Of a DNA stretch of 64,000 nt, positions 47,529-57,100 are shown in pieces. Numbering within the stretch: the first letter of the stretch is position 1; each line of letters opens with the position of its first letter. This stretch comes from a bacterium. GTDB taxonomy: Bacteria; Patescibacteriota; Minisyncoccia; UBA6257; GWB1-50-10. The translations under genes and the position numbers were made by a program. The notes beneath the pieces were generated by a model. That model saw nothing but the letters and a program-made list of their open reading frames with translations, ran no database searches and was not told where the DNA came from. The stretch covers positions 16,953 through 80,952 of the forward strand of contig JAKANQ010000002.1 in the NCBI GenBank assembly GCA_021812365.1. The letters are read 5' to 3'.

Positions 47529-50500
47529 TTATTTATTTAGCGTGCGGGCAAAGATACTGAGGTCCTGAATATCAATCACTCCATCGCCATTAAAATCCAA
47601 ACTTTTTCTTGTTGCGGGGTCTTTTGAAAGCCAGCGCGCGAGGAAGATGCTGAGGTCGCTTGCGTTCACCACCCCATCGCCGTTCAGATCTGTTTTTGGC
47701 ACAAAAAGATTAGTCACGAGAAATGTGCGCTCGACTGAGGAATCGCTTCTTTCTCCACTGCTGTTCGATTGCCATACGCGCACGGTGTGAGTGCCGAGCT
47801 GAAGGTCCAATGTGTTAAAGGCTATCTTGTATTCTCCGGAACTTCCCGCAACTACAATATTTGGAATTGATTTTCCATCGATAGATGCTTCGATGGTATT
47901 TCCAGGCGAGGCAAACCCCGTGATTCCCAAGAACCCTCCTTTAAGAACCGCCTGCTGCGTAAAGCCGAGCGTAGGCGGCAGAAACACATCTCGCACAATG
48001 AGGGTTTGGTTCGCGTTGATGGGATACACTTTTGTTTGCGTGGGGCGTCCGCTTTCATCAGTCGCCGAGAGGAAGTATTGCTGTATGCCAGGCGTGGTGT
48101 CGTTGAAACGAATTGAGAACGCTCCATCCGCTCGTGCGGTAGCGCCTCGGCGTACCGGAATATTTCCATTTGAGACGCCCAATATGGTTAGTTTTGCGCC
48201 TGGAAATGCGGTGCCCGAAAAGATCACCGTTGAACGAATGAGTGCGGGCTCACCTCCTGCACTTACCGTCATTACGGGCGTGCTTGAGAAGGTGACGGTC
48301 TGTGTTGACGATACATCAAGCGTGGTTGAGGCGGTATCAAGGAGGCTGAGCGTCACCGTTTCCGCAACTGTATCGGTGATTGTTTTTGTGCCTATGCCGT
48401 TCGTAACGGTGACAATTCCACCGCCAACTGCCGAGCCTGAGACGACAAGGGTAACGCTATTGTTGTAGGTGGTATCAAGATTTCCACTATTGTCTTCCAC
48501 TCGTATTGTGACTGTGGTATTCGTTCCTACGAGAGTGTCATTGGGTTTTATTATCGTGAATCGAGTTGCAATTATGGGGGTGTTGGAAACAGTCACTGAT
48601 TGTGATGCATCCGCAATTCCCACCGCGCCATCCGGCGTCGATGAATTATCCGACGCGGTTATGGTCCATGTGCCCACCGCCGTGTCATAATACCAGAATG
48701 ATGCGGTTGATGCTCCGTCCGCTATTGTTCTAGATGCGATAGGGCTTCCGCCGCTTGCGCCGCCGTAGAAAGCACTCGAAGTACTATTTGAATACATATA
48801 GAATGTATTACTACCCGCCGTTACCAAATTTCCAAAACTGTCCTTTCTTGTCACCGTGTATCCGAGCCGCGTGCCCGCGGTCATATTGCCGGGGTTATCA
48901 ATAAGGAATTGTGAGGTGGTTGCGGGGGATACCGTCACCGATTGCGATGCGTCCGCGATTCCCGTCGCGCCATCGGGCGCTACCGCGTTGTCGGACGCGG
49001 TGACAACCCACGTTCCCGCTTTTCCTTCCGAGTACCAGAATTGAGTTGCGGAACTGCCATCCGTGATCTGTACCGATGTTATCTGGATGCCCCCACTCAA
49101 TGCGCTATAGAATGCGCCAAGCCCTCCTGTTGCATTTGAATACAAATGAATCGTGTCCGTACCCGCCGTTACCAAATTTCCAAAACTGTCCTTTCTTGTC
49201 ACCGTGTATCCGAGCCGCGTGCCCGCGGTCATATTGCCGGGGTTATTGAGAATGAATTGTGCGGTCGGTCCCGTGGTGAAGGTAACGGTCTGTGTTGACG
49301 ATACATCAAGTGTGGTTGAGGCTGTCGCGGTAAGCGAGAGTGTTACTGTTTCCGCTTTCGTGTCGGTGATGTTGACCGTGCCCACACCATTTACGATGGT
49401 GAGTACTACGCCATTTTGAGGAGTTGCCAATCCCGATGTTTTTAGCGTGATATCGGTGCTGTTGTTATACGTGGTATCAAGATTTCCTGAGTTATCCTGT
49501 GCTTGCACTGTGACCGGTATTGTACTGCCCACCACGCCGTCAGTCGGCTTTAGGATGACTATGCGAGTTGCGATGATTGGCGCGGCATTTACCGTCACCG
49601 ATTGCGATGCGTCCGCGATTCCCGTCGCGCCATCCGGCGCTACGGCATTGTCGGAAGCAGTTATGGTCCATGTGCCAACTTGTTCATCGTAGTACCAAAA
49701 ATTCGCGGAGGATGAGCCATTTGTGATTACCATTGAAGTCACGAGATTGCCGCCCGCACTCGCGTCATAGAATGCCTTTGTCGCTCCCGTTGAGTTCGAG
49801 TAAAGGTGCGCGGTATCGCTGCCTACGGTCACTGTATTTCCGAATATGTCTTGTCTTGTCACCGTGTATCCGAGCCGCGTGCCCGCGGTCATATTGCCGG
49901 GGTTATTGAGAATGAATTTTCCTGTAGATGCCGGTACGATCACGATTGCGTTCGTGCCGTCAATTATCCCCGTCGCGCCATCCGGTGCTACCGCGTTGTC
50001 GGACGCGGTTATGGTCGCGGAGCCTGCAAGTTCGTCGTAGTACCAGAATTGCGCGGATGAGGAGCCTGGGAGTATCGCGACGTTTGTTATCGTGGTGCTT
50101 CCTGTCGCACTATCGAAGAATTTTTTCATCCCCCCCGCGGAACTGCTATAGAGATATGCGGTGCTTGTACCTACGGTAGAAAGATTTCCGAATTGGTCCT
50201 TTCGCGTGACGGAATAGTCCAAGCGTGTTCCTGCGACCATCGATGTCTGATTTGTGAGTGAGAATTGAGCTGCGGCTCCCGGAGTTATCATCACAATGCT
50301 CGTTCCATCTTTTATCCCCGTCGCGCCATCCGGTGCTACCGCGTTGTCGGACGCGGTTATGGTCGCGGAGCCTGCAAGTTCGTCGTAGTACCAGAATTGG
50401 GCGGATGAGGTTCCATTTTGAACTGTTATTGAGGTGATGATGTTTCCTCCGCTCGCCGCATCGTAAAATCGTTTCGCACTCCCCGCGGAATCGCTATAAA

Positions 50501-52661
50501 GATAGAATGTCTCACTTCCCATCGTTTTCAGGTTGTTGTATTGATCTTTTCGTGTGACGGCGAACATTCCTCTTGTCCCCGCAACGGTACTACTTACGCC
50601 CGACAAGAAGAGCTGTGCAGTCGCTCCGGGTGAGAATATCACGTCTTGTGTCGAGCTTACATCAAGGCCCGTTCCTTGCGTATCGGAGAGTGAGAGGTGG
50701 ACCGTTTCCGCGACCATGTCGGAGATAGTGGTAGTACCTACGCCGTTTACGATATTCACGAGGCCGCCACCCGTCGCGGAACCGGATTTCAAAAGGGTCA
50801 CATCTTGCTGATATGTTGTTGCAATGGCCCCCGCATTATTTTGTGCTTCTATGGTGACCATTATCGGCGCGTCGACTGTGCCGTTGGCGGGCGGGAGAAT
50901 GACGAATTTTGTGGGGGTTATTGGTTTCGGCATTCCAAGTTGAAATGCGCCGAATCCAGTTATACCTCCCGCTGCCGTGCTTACGGATGTTCTTGTCCCC
51001 ACCGTTGGATAGGACCATGCCGAACCTGCATATTGTCCGACAATAAGGTCTCCTGTATTTACCCCGGAATCAAGGTCCCCAGGATTAACGAAGGTGAAGA
51101 TCGCGCTGTAATTATCAAATGCTATTGCCGAGCTTGTGGCTGTCCAATACCGATTCACGCTTTTTGTTCCGTCTATATTGGAAGCGGCGATATTCGGATG
51201 GTCTCCTGCTGTTGTGCTGAATGTCAGGTCTCCGCCGCTTGTTACATTACCGAACGCAATGCTTACGGGAGCGTAGTTTGATGAGTCGCCAATTTCGAAT
51301 ATCTTACTCGTTGCTCCCACACCAATATATTTTCTAAGATTGCCGATGATGTGTCCCGATGTGCGTGCTACGTTTCCCGTTCCGCTTATATAGATATCGT
51401 TTGCGCCCGTTACGACATTGCCCGAGGTTAGTGTGAGTGTTCCATCAACGCGCGTACCTGCGCCGGAGAGCGTGGCTGCCCCCGCGCCTTTATTTATCGT
51501 AAGATTTGAATAGGTGAGGGCGGCAACTGTTTGCGCAATGCCCGCAACGTATTCCACCGTCGTGCCCGCAGAGATGTTTCTTGTGGTAAAGGAGGGGAAT
51601 GCGGTGGCTGAACTTGAGCTGCCCAGCACGAATGTTCCCGACGCGAGATTCAGAGTTCCTGTCCCCGTAAGCTGGAAACCGCCATCATTGAATATGCTGT
51701 TTGCAATCGTTGCTCCGATGGTAAACGGTTTTGTGCCAACCGATTTCGCAGCATTCAAGGTAACTCCATTTGCGTTTTCAATCAAAACGCCACCACTGCC
51801 AGGCCACGGCGAGATGAATTCACTGCCGGTCGTTTGCGCCGCGGAACCTTTGTACTCCAATGTTGATGCTGTGCCTGGACTGAGTGTACCCGTAAGAATG
51901 GTCGTTGCCGATCCCTGCATTGAGAGCTTGCCACTTACCGCCGTCGTGCCTGTTATGAATGTCTTTGCACCGCTTCCCGAAAGCGTAAGATTTGCATATG
52001 TTGTCGGTTTAAGCGATTGGTCGGCGCCATCGTAATTCACGATGTTTCCCGCTGCGGTTGCGGTGAGTGTTACATTTGCCGCGGGTGTGAACGTTCCACT
52101 TATGTTCACCACCGCGTTGGTGCCCTGTGTCCATATTGCGGTTCCTCCGGTCCTCATATAATTTCCGTTGAGATATATGGTTCCGTTATTGGTAACCGTT
52201 TTACCGGCTGAATCAATATCATTGTTGATTGTGAGATTGGCGGATGAAAGGAAAGAAAAGTTTTGAGCCGCAAGTATGATGCTATTTATGGTACCGTTCC
52301 CATCTATGGTTTGCCCCTTAGTATTCATTTTTATCGTTGCCGTTCCGCCATTCACATCGCCATTCACCGCGATGTTGCCGTTTTCGGTGATAATTGCCGT
52401 GCTATTTATGTTCAGTGTGGCGCCCGAATTTACCGTGAGGCCTGCATTGGTGATGTTCGTACCGATGGTCACGCTGTTGCCGCCCGTTGTGGCAATGATC
52501 GCGGAGTCGTTATTGGTAGGAGCAATGCCCCCTATCCACGTTCCGCCGGCCGTCCAATTACCCCCCGTTGCGGTGCTTGTTCTTACTGCCGCATCCGCAG
52601 TCGGCACAAGAAGCACCGATGCAAAAAGCATCGCTGTACCGAGTAATAGAGTCTTTTTCAT
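47529..52661 (-). CDS. Giant secreted repeat protein (1710 aa) with beta-helix-like N-region, nested tandem Ig-like repeats and C-terminal type-I dockerin
   Basis: Signal peptide MKKTLLLGTAMLFASVLLVPTADA. G/T/N-rich N-terminal region. Six copies of an about 100-aa repeat (...FWYYDE..GTWTITASDNAVAPDGATGI...), plus three copies of a larger repeat (PIIATR..I.KP.DG.VG...). C-terminal DLNGDGVVNASDLSIFLARWL...DFNGDGVIDIQDLSIFARTL is a textbook duplicated dockerin Ca-binding segment. Confidence 0.7.
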   Translation of the reverse strand: MKKTLLLGTAMLFASVLLVPTADAAVRTSTATGGNWTAGGTWIGGIAPTNNDSAIIATTGGNSVTIGTNITNAGLTVNSGATLNINSTAIITENGNIAVNGDVNGGTATIKMNTKGQTIDGNGTINSIILAAQNFSFLSSANLTINNDIDSAGKTVTNNGTIYLNGNYMRTGGTAIWTQGTNAVVNISGTFTPAANVTLTATAAGNIVNYDGADQSLKPTTYANLTLSGSGAKTFITGTTAVSGKLSMQGSATTILTGTLSPGTASTLEYKGSAAQTTGSEFISPWPGSGGVLIENANGVTLNAAKSVGTKPFTIGATIANSIFNDGGFQLTGTGTLNLASGTFVLGSSSSATAFPSFTTRNISAGTTVEYVAGIAQTVAALTYSNLTINKGAGAATLSGAGTRVDGTLTLTSGNVVTGANDIYISGTGNVARTSGHIIGNLRKYIGVGATSKIFEIGDSSNYAPVSIAFGNVTSGGDLTFSTTAGDHPNIAASNIDGTKSVNRYWTATSSAIAFDNYSAIFTFVNPGDLDSGVNTGDLIVGQYAGSAWSYPTVGTRTSVSTAAGGITGFGAFQLGMPKPITPTKFVILPPANGTVDAPIMVTIEAQNNAGAIATTYQQDVTLLKSGSATGGGLVNIVNGVGTTTISDMVAETVHLSLSDTQGTGLDVSSTQDVIFSPGATAQLFLSGVSSTVAGTRGMFAVTRKDQYNNLKTMGSETFYLYSDSAGSAKRFYDAASGGNIITSITVQNGTSSAQFWYYDELAGSATITASDNAVAPDGATGIKDGTSIVMITPGAAAQFSLTNQTSMVAGTRLDYSVTRKDQFGNLSTVGTSTAYLYSSSAGGMKKFFDSATGSTTITNVAILPGSSSAQFWYYDELAGSATITASDNAVAPDGATGIIDGTNAIVIVPASTGKFILNNPGNMTAGTRLGYTVTRQDIFGNTVTVGSDTAHLYSNSTGATKAFYDASAGGNLVTSMVITNGSSSANFWYYDEQVGTWTITASDNAVAPDGATGIADASQSVTVNAAPIIATRIVILKPTDGVVGSTIPVTVQAQDNSGNLDTTYNNSTDITLKTSGLATPQNGVVLTIVNGVGTVNITDTKAETVTLSLTATASTTLDVSSTQTVTFTTGPTAQFILNNPGNMTAGTRLGYTVTRKDSFGNLVTAGTDTIHLYSNATGGLGAFYSALSGGIQITSVQITDGSSATQFWYSEGKAGTWVVTASDNAVAPDGATGIADASQSVTVSPATTSQFLIDNPGNMTAGTRLGYTVTRKDSFGNLVTAGSNTFYMYSNSTSSAFYGGASGGSPIASRTIADGASTASFWYYDTAVGTWTITASDNSSTPDGAVGIADASQSVTVSNTPIIATRFTIIKPNDTLVGTNTTVTIRVEDNSGNLDTTYNNSVTLVVSGSAVGGGIVTVTNGIGTKTITDTVAETVTLSLLDTASTTLDVSSTQTVTFSSTPVMTVSAGGEPALIRSTVIFSGTAFPGAKLTILGVSNGNIPVRRGATARADGAFSIRFNDTTPGIQQYFLSATDESGRPTQTKVYPINANQTLIVRDVFLPPTLGFTQQAVLKGGFLGITGFASPGNTIEASIDGKSIPNIVVAGSSGEYKIAFNTLDLQLGTHTVRVWQSNSSGERSDSSVERTFLVTNLFVPKTDLNGDGVVNASDLSIFLARWLSKDPATRKSLDFNGDGVIDIQDLSIFARTLNK
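48370..50600. repeat. Coding tandem DNA repeats (about 330-345 bp units, about 6 copies) inside the giant gene
   Basis: cgtgtatccgagccgcgtgcccgcggtcatattgccggggtt recurs at about 48856, 49201 and 49861. Repeated shadow ORFs on the opposite strand. Confidence 0.6.
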
Positions 52662-52734
52662 TACTTTAATTGTACTAAATTAGAAAGTTAGAATGTGCAT
52701 ATTTCTGTCTCTATTCCTCCTGTTCTTCCGAATC

Positions 52735-52760
52735 AAAAAACGGCGCGACGGCCGTTTTTT
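52735..52760 (-). terminator. Rho-independent terminator after the anti-sigma-like gene
   Basis: Minus-strand reading aaaaaacggccgtcgcgccgttttt. Confidence 0.5.
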
Positions 52761-52768
52761 GGCTCTGC

Positions 52769-53464
52769 TTATCTCGCCCTTTCCCACGGTCTTATCTCCC
52801 GTGCTATGAAGACCTGTTCATTTTCATAGGCGCCGATAAGTTTTACTTCTGAACCTACGGCACGGAGCCCATTTTTTCTCCAATCAGCGTCGTCTTCTAT
52901 GATGACCCACTCATTGTGAGAGAAGTCTTCCAGTATGAAGATGTCATCATTTACGATTTCGGTTATGGTGCCTGACAAGAGTCCGAGTCCGGGACTGTTC
53001 CAGACCGCGAGCTCGTTATGGGGGAGATTGGTATACGCCGGAATATAGCGCAGAAGCGCTTCATCAATGCGCTTACCCGCGCCGAACATATAGAATACTG
53101 TTCCAAGTATCACGCTCACCAAAAGTATAATGGCGAAGAATACGAGCGTGGCGTAGCGATAACCGGTTTTGGTTTGTCGCACTATCGCGTAAGTGAGACC
53201 AAGGAAAAGCGCCGCGGCAAAGAGCCAGAGATAGGGGAAGACCGTGGTCACATATGCCCAAAGAGTTTTTCCAAGGTATTCATAAATATCCCAATCATTA
53301 TTATGAACGATGTGGAGGAGGGTGCTGACCGCGAGCGCTCCAATGAGCATGGAAATGACCACAAGTGTCCAGAGCACGATATTGCGTATCACAAACTTCC
53401 AACGCGCCACCGGAGTTATGTTCTTTTCTTCTATTGTTTTCAATACGTTATCGCTTATCGACAT
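52769..53464 (-). CDS. Polytopic membrane protein, putative anti-sigma factor (co-transcribed downstream of ECF sigma, 17-nt overlap)
   Basis: Four TM segments and a C-terminal extracytoplasmic domain. Call is by position only. Confidence 0.35.
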   Translation of the reverse strand: MSISDNVLKTIEEKNITPVARWKFVIRNIVLWTLVVISMLIGALAVSTLLHIVHNNDWDIYEYLGKTLWAYVTTVFPYLWLFAAALFLGLTYAIVRQTKTGYRYATLVFFAIILLVSVILGTVFYMFGAGKRIDEALLRYIPAYTNLPHNELAVWNSPGLGLLSGTITEIVNDDIFILEDFSHNEWVIIEDDADWRKNGLRAVGSEVKLIGAYENEQVFIAREIRPWERAR

Positions 53465-54059
53465 ATGAGTGTGTTCTATTTTGCAGCTCCTCTCGTAATT
53501 TCACCTTTGCTCGATTGATGAGTGTTCCAACAGTGCCGACCGGTTTCTTCAAAATATCCGAGATCTCTTCATAGCTTTTTTCTTCAAGAAATTTGAGAAT
53601 GAGCACCTCGCGGTATTTTTCAGATATATTGGAAAGCGCGGCACGGACACTCTCGCTTTCCATTTTCCTCAACATCTCTTCCTCAAGGTCCGATGAGTCC
53701 GCGATGTTCTCGAGAAAAAAATGTTCTTCTTCGGTGCGGGGAGTGAGCGGTAAGCGGCTTATCTTTCTCAATGCATTTATCGCTTCATTATGGGCGATGC
53801 GGTATATCCAGGATGAGAATTTGAGTGAAGCATCGAAGTTGTTCAAATGCTCGTAGGTCTTGATGAAGGTTTCTTGGACCACGTCTTCCGCGTCTTCCCT
53901 TGAGCATAGGATGATGCGTTGTACGTAGCGAATGAGTCTTTGCTCATATCGCTGCATAAGGTAGAGATAACGCTGCTTATTTTGAATTGTGAGAGCAACC
54001 AACTCCTCATCGGTTTTCTCTGAGTATGGGTTATGTTCGTTCATTCGCGGCGCGCTCAT
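53448..54059 (-). CDS. ECF-type sigma-70 family RNA polymerase sigma factor
   Basis: Region 2 EDAEDVVQETFIKTYEHLNNFD. Region 4 HTH YREVLILKFLEEKSYEEISDILKKPVGTVGTLINRAKVKLRE. Confidence 0.75.
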   Translation of the reverse strand: MSAPRMNEHNPYSEKTDEELVALTIQNKQRYLYLMQRYEQRLIRYVQRIILCSREDAEDVVQETFIKTYEHLNNFDASLKFSSWIYRIAHNEAINALRKISRLPLTPRTEEEHFFLENIADSSDLEEEMLRKMESESVRAALSNISEKYREVLILKFLEEKSYEEISDILKKPVGTVGTLINRAKVKLREELQNRTHSYVDKR

Positions 54060-54159
54060 TAGTTAATACGTAAAAACACAGTACTTTCTTTTGATGGTTC
54101 CGTAAAGTCCCATTGTATCGAATTTTGTAAAAATACCCCATTTTTATTACAATAAATCC

Positions 54160-57100
54160 ATGCTCAAAAATACGGAAAAATTCTCGTTGCCCGAGGTTGA
54201 GGAAAAGGTTCTTGCATTTTGGGACGACAACAAGATTTTTGAGAAATCGCTTTCCAAAAATAAGCCCGCAAAGGGGAGGGGTGGCAAGAAATTCGTGTTC
54301 TATGAGGGGCCGCCGACCGCCAATGGGCGACCCGGCATCCATCACGTTCTCGCGCGCTCCTATAAAGACGTGGTCCTTCGCTATAAGACCATGTCCGGTT
54401 TTTCCGTGCCTCGCAAAGGAGGGTGGGACACCCATGGACTTCCCGTCGAACTTGAGGTTGAGAAGGCGTTGGGATTGAAATCAAAGAAGGAGATTGAGAA
54501 GTATGGCGTCGCCGCATTCAACAAGAAGTGCCGTGAGTCAGTATGGAAGTACAAGGATGAGTGGGAAAAGCTTACGAGGCGAATGGGATTCTGGCTTGAT
54601 ATGGAGAATCCTTATATCACCTATAAGAATGAATACATGGAAACGATCTGGTGGACGTTCTCACAGATCGCGGAAAAGAAACTTCTCTATAAGGGACATA
54701 AGATAGTGCCATGGTGCACGCGCTGCGGCACCGCGCTTTCTTCGCACGAGCTCGCGCTCGGATACAAGGAGGTGGAGGACACCTCCGTCTATGTGAAGTT
54801 CAAAGTGAAGAAGGGGCAGCATATCGGCAAATCACTCGTTGCCGACAATAAGACCTATATTCTTTCGTGGACGACGACGCCGTGGACACTTCCCGGAAAT
54901 GTCGCACTCGCGGTAGGCGAGGGAATTGAGTATGCCGCCATTGAGGCAGGCGAGGGGAGTAAGAAAGAAACACTTATTCTCGCGTCGCCGCGTCTTGGTA
55001 TTTTGGATATGCCGCATACTGTTCTTGGAACGATGAAAGGGAAGGAGTTGGTTGGTGTTGAGTACGAACCTCTTTTTTCCATTGATGTATTTATCCATGG
55101 GTCCGCGAAAGATGTTTCCTATAGGGTATACCCCGCGGATTTTGTGACTACTACCGATGGTACGGGGGTCGTGCATACCGCGGTGATGTATGGTGAGGAT
55201 GATTACAAACTTGGCAAGAAGTTTGGATTGCCCGAGGTGCATACCGTCAACGAGCAAGGAATGTTCGTGGAGGCTGTGCCTGAGTTTGCTGGTATGTATG
55301 TGAAGGCGAAAGATACGGAAGAAAAGATACTTGCCGCACTTTCACACAAGAACCTTTTATTGAAGAAGGAGCTTTATGCGCATGAATATCCCTTTTGCTG
55401 GCGTTGCAGTTCGCCGCTTCTCTATTATGGCCGCCACTCTTGGTTCATTGAGATGAGCAAGTTGAGAACCTCGCTTCAGAAGGAGAATAAGAATATCAAC
55501 TGGATTCCCGAGAATATTCGCGAAGGGCGATTTGGAGAGTGGATTCGTGAGGCGAAGGATTGGGCCATCTCGCGTGAACGGTATTGGGGGACACCGCTTC
55601 CCATATGGGAGTGTGAATCGTGCAAAACAGTCAGGGTCATTGGCGGCGTGAAGGACCTTGAGAGTACGCAAAAGAAGAGCACGAATCGTTATCTATTGAT
55701 TCGTCATGGAGAGGCGGAGAATAATGTGAAGAATGTGGTGAGTTCGTGGCCGGAAAAGGCAAGGTATCATCTGACGCCGAAGGGTAGGGCTGCGGTATTG
55801 AAGCTTGCAAAAAAACTTTCGCGAACGAAGATAGATATTATCTTTGCTTCGGATCTTTTACGCACGAAAGAGACCGCCAACCTTTTGAAGGAGGAGCTCG
55901 AGGTTCCCGTTATCTTTGATGAACGGCTCCGTGAGATAAACGTGGGCGAATTCAATGGGTCGCTGATAAAGGAATATCAGGATTTCTTCGGCACAAAGAT
56001 GGAAAAATTCACCAAGGCGCCTGAAGGTGGTGAGACGCTCACTGAACTGCGTACGCGTATGTTCGGATTTGTGAAGGAGATGGAAAAGAAGTATAGCGGT
56101 AAGACTATCGCAATCGTAAGTCATGAAGATCCGCTCTGGCTATTAACGAGCGCGATGCAGGGCTGGACTGATGAACAGATCATCGCGGAGAAGGAGGGAC
56201 ATCTCGGCGCATTCCTTGGCGCGGGCGAGATGCGCGAAGAGGTATTTCGCGTATTGCCTCGTGATGAGTCGGGAATGTTCGATTTGCATAAGCCGTACAT
56301 CGATTCGGTGGTCTTTCCGTGCAAGAAGTGCGGAAGCGAGATGAAAAGAATTCCCGAAGTGGCGGATGTGTGGTTCGATTCAGGGGCTATGCCGTTCGCG
56401 CAAGCTCACTATCCATTTGAGCATTCGAAGAGTTTGGATTTTCCCGCCGATTACATTTCGGAAGGAATGGATCAGACGCGCGGATGGTTCTATACGCTTC
56501 TTGCGGTCTCCACGCTTCTAGGGCGCGGGACTCCGTATAAGAATGTCATCTCTCTCGGACTTATCTTGGATAAGAATGGACAGAAGATGTCCAAGTCAAA
56601 GGGTAATATCGTGAGTCCGTGGGATATGATACAAAAGTATGGCATTGATGTGACACGATGGTATTTCTATACGGTGAATCCTCCGGGTGAGGCGAAGAAG
56701 TTCGATGAGTTGGAACTTGCGAAGGTCTCTCGCCAGTTCTTCGCGCTCATCTATAACTCGTTTGTGTTCTTCGACCTCTACAGCGATAGGAAATATATTC
56801 CAAAGACGACGCCGAAAGCGACCAATATTTTGGATAAGTGGATAATGGCGCGCCTTCATGAGACGATATCGGAGGCGACGGAACATATGGAGAAGTATGA
56901 GATGGGGGATGCGGCGCGTCTTATCGAGGAATTTGTGGGAGACCTTTCGCGTTGGTACATTCGTCGTTCGCGCCGCCGACTCCAAAAGCCGGAGTCTAAG
57001 AAGGAGTTTGAAGCGGTCTCGACAGTGTTTGGGTATACACTGATACAACTCGCGAAACTTATGGCGCCATTCTCTCCGTTTTTCTCGGAGGCGCTCTACA

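Noticed and set aside
48370-50600. Possible CRISPR array (regularly spaced repeats)
   Set aside because: Repeat units are about 330 bp, in-frame and coding within one ORF. There are no short direct repeats with unique spacers and no cas genes.
47812-52683. Numerous 60-220-aa plus-strand ORFs inside the giant gene
   Set aside because: Shadow ORFs generated by the repetitive, codon-biased antisense strand of the giant repeat gene. They repeat with the same periodicity as the coding repeats.
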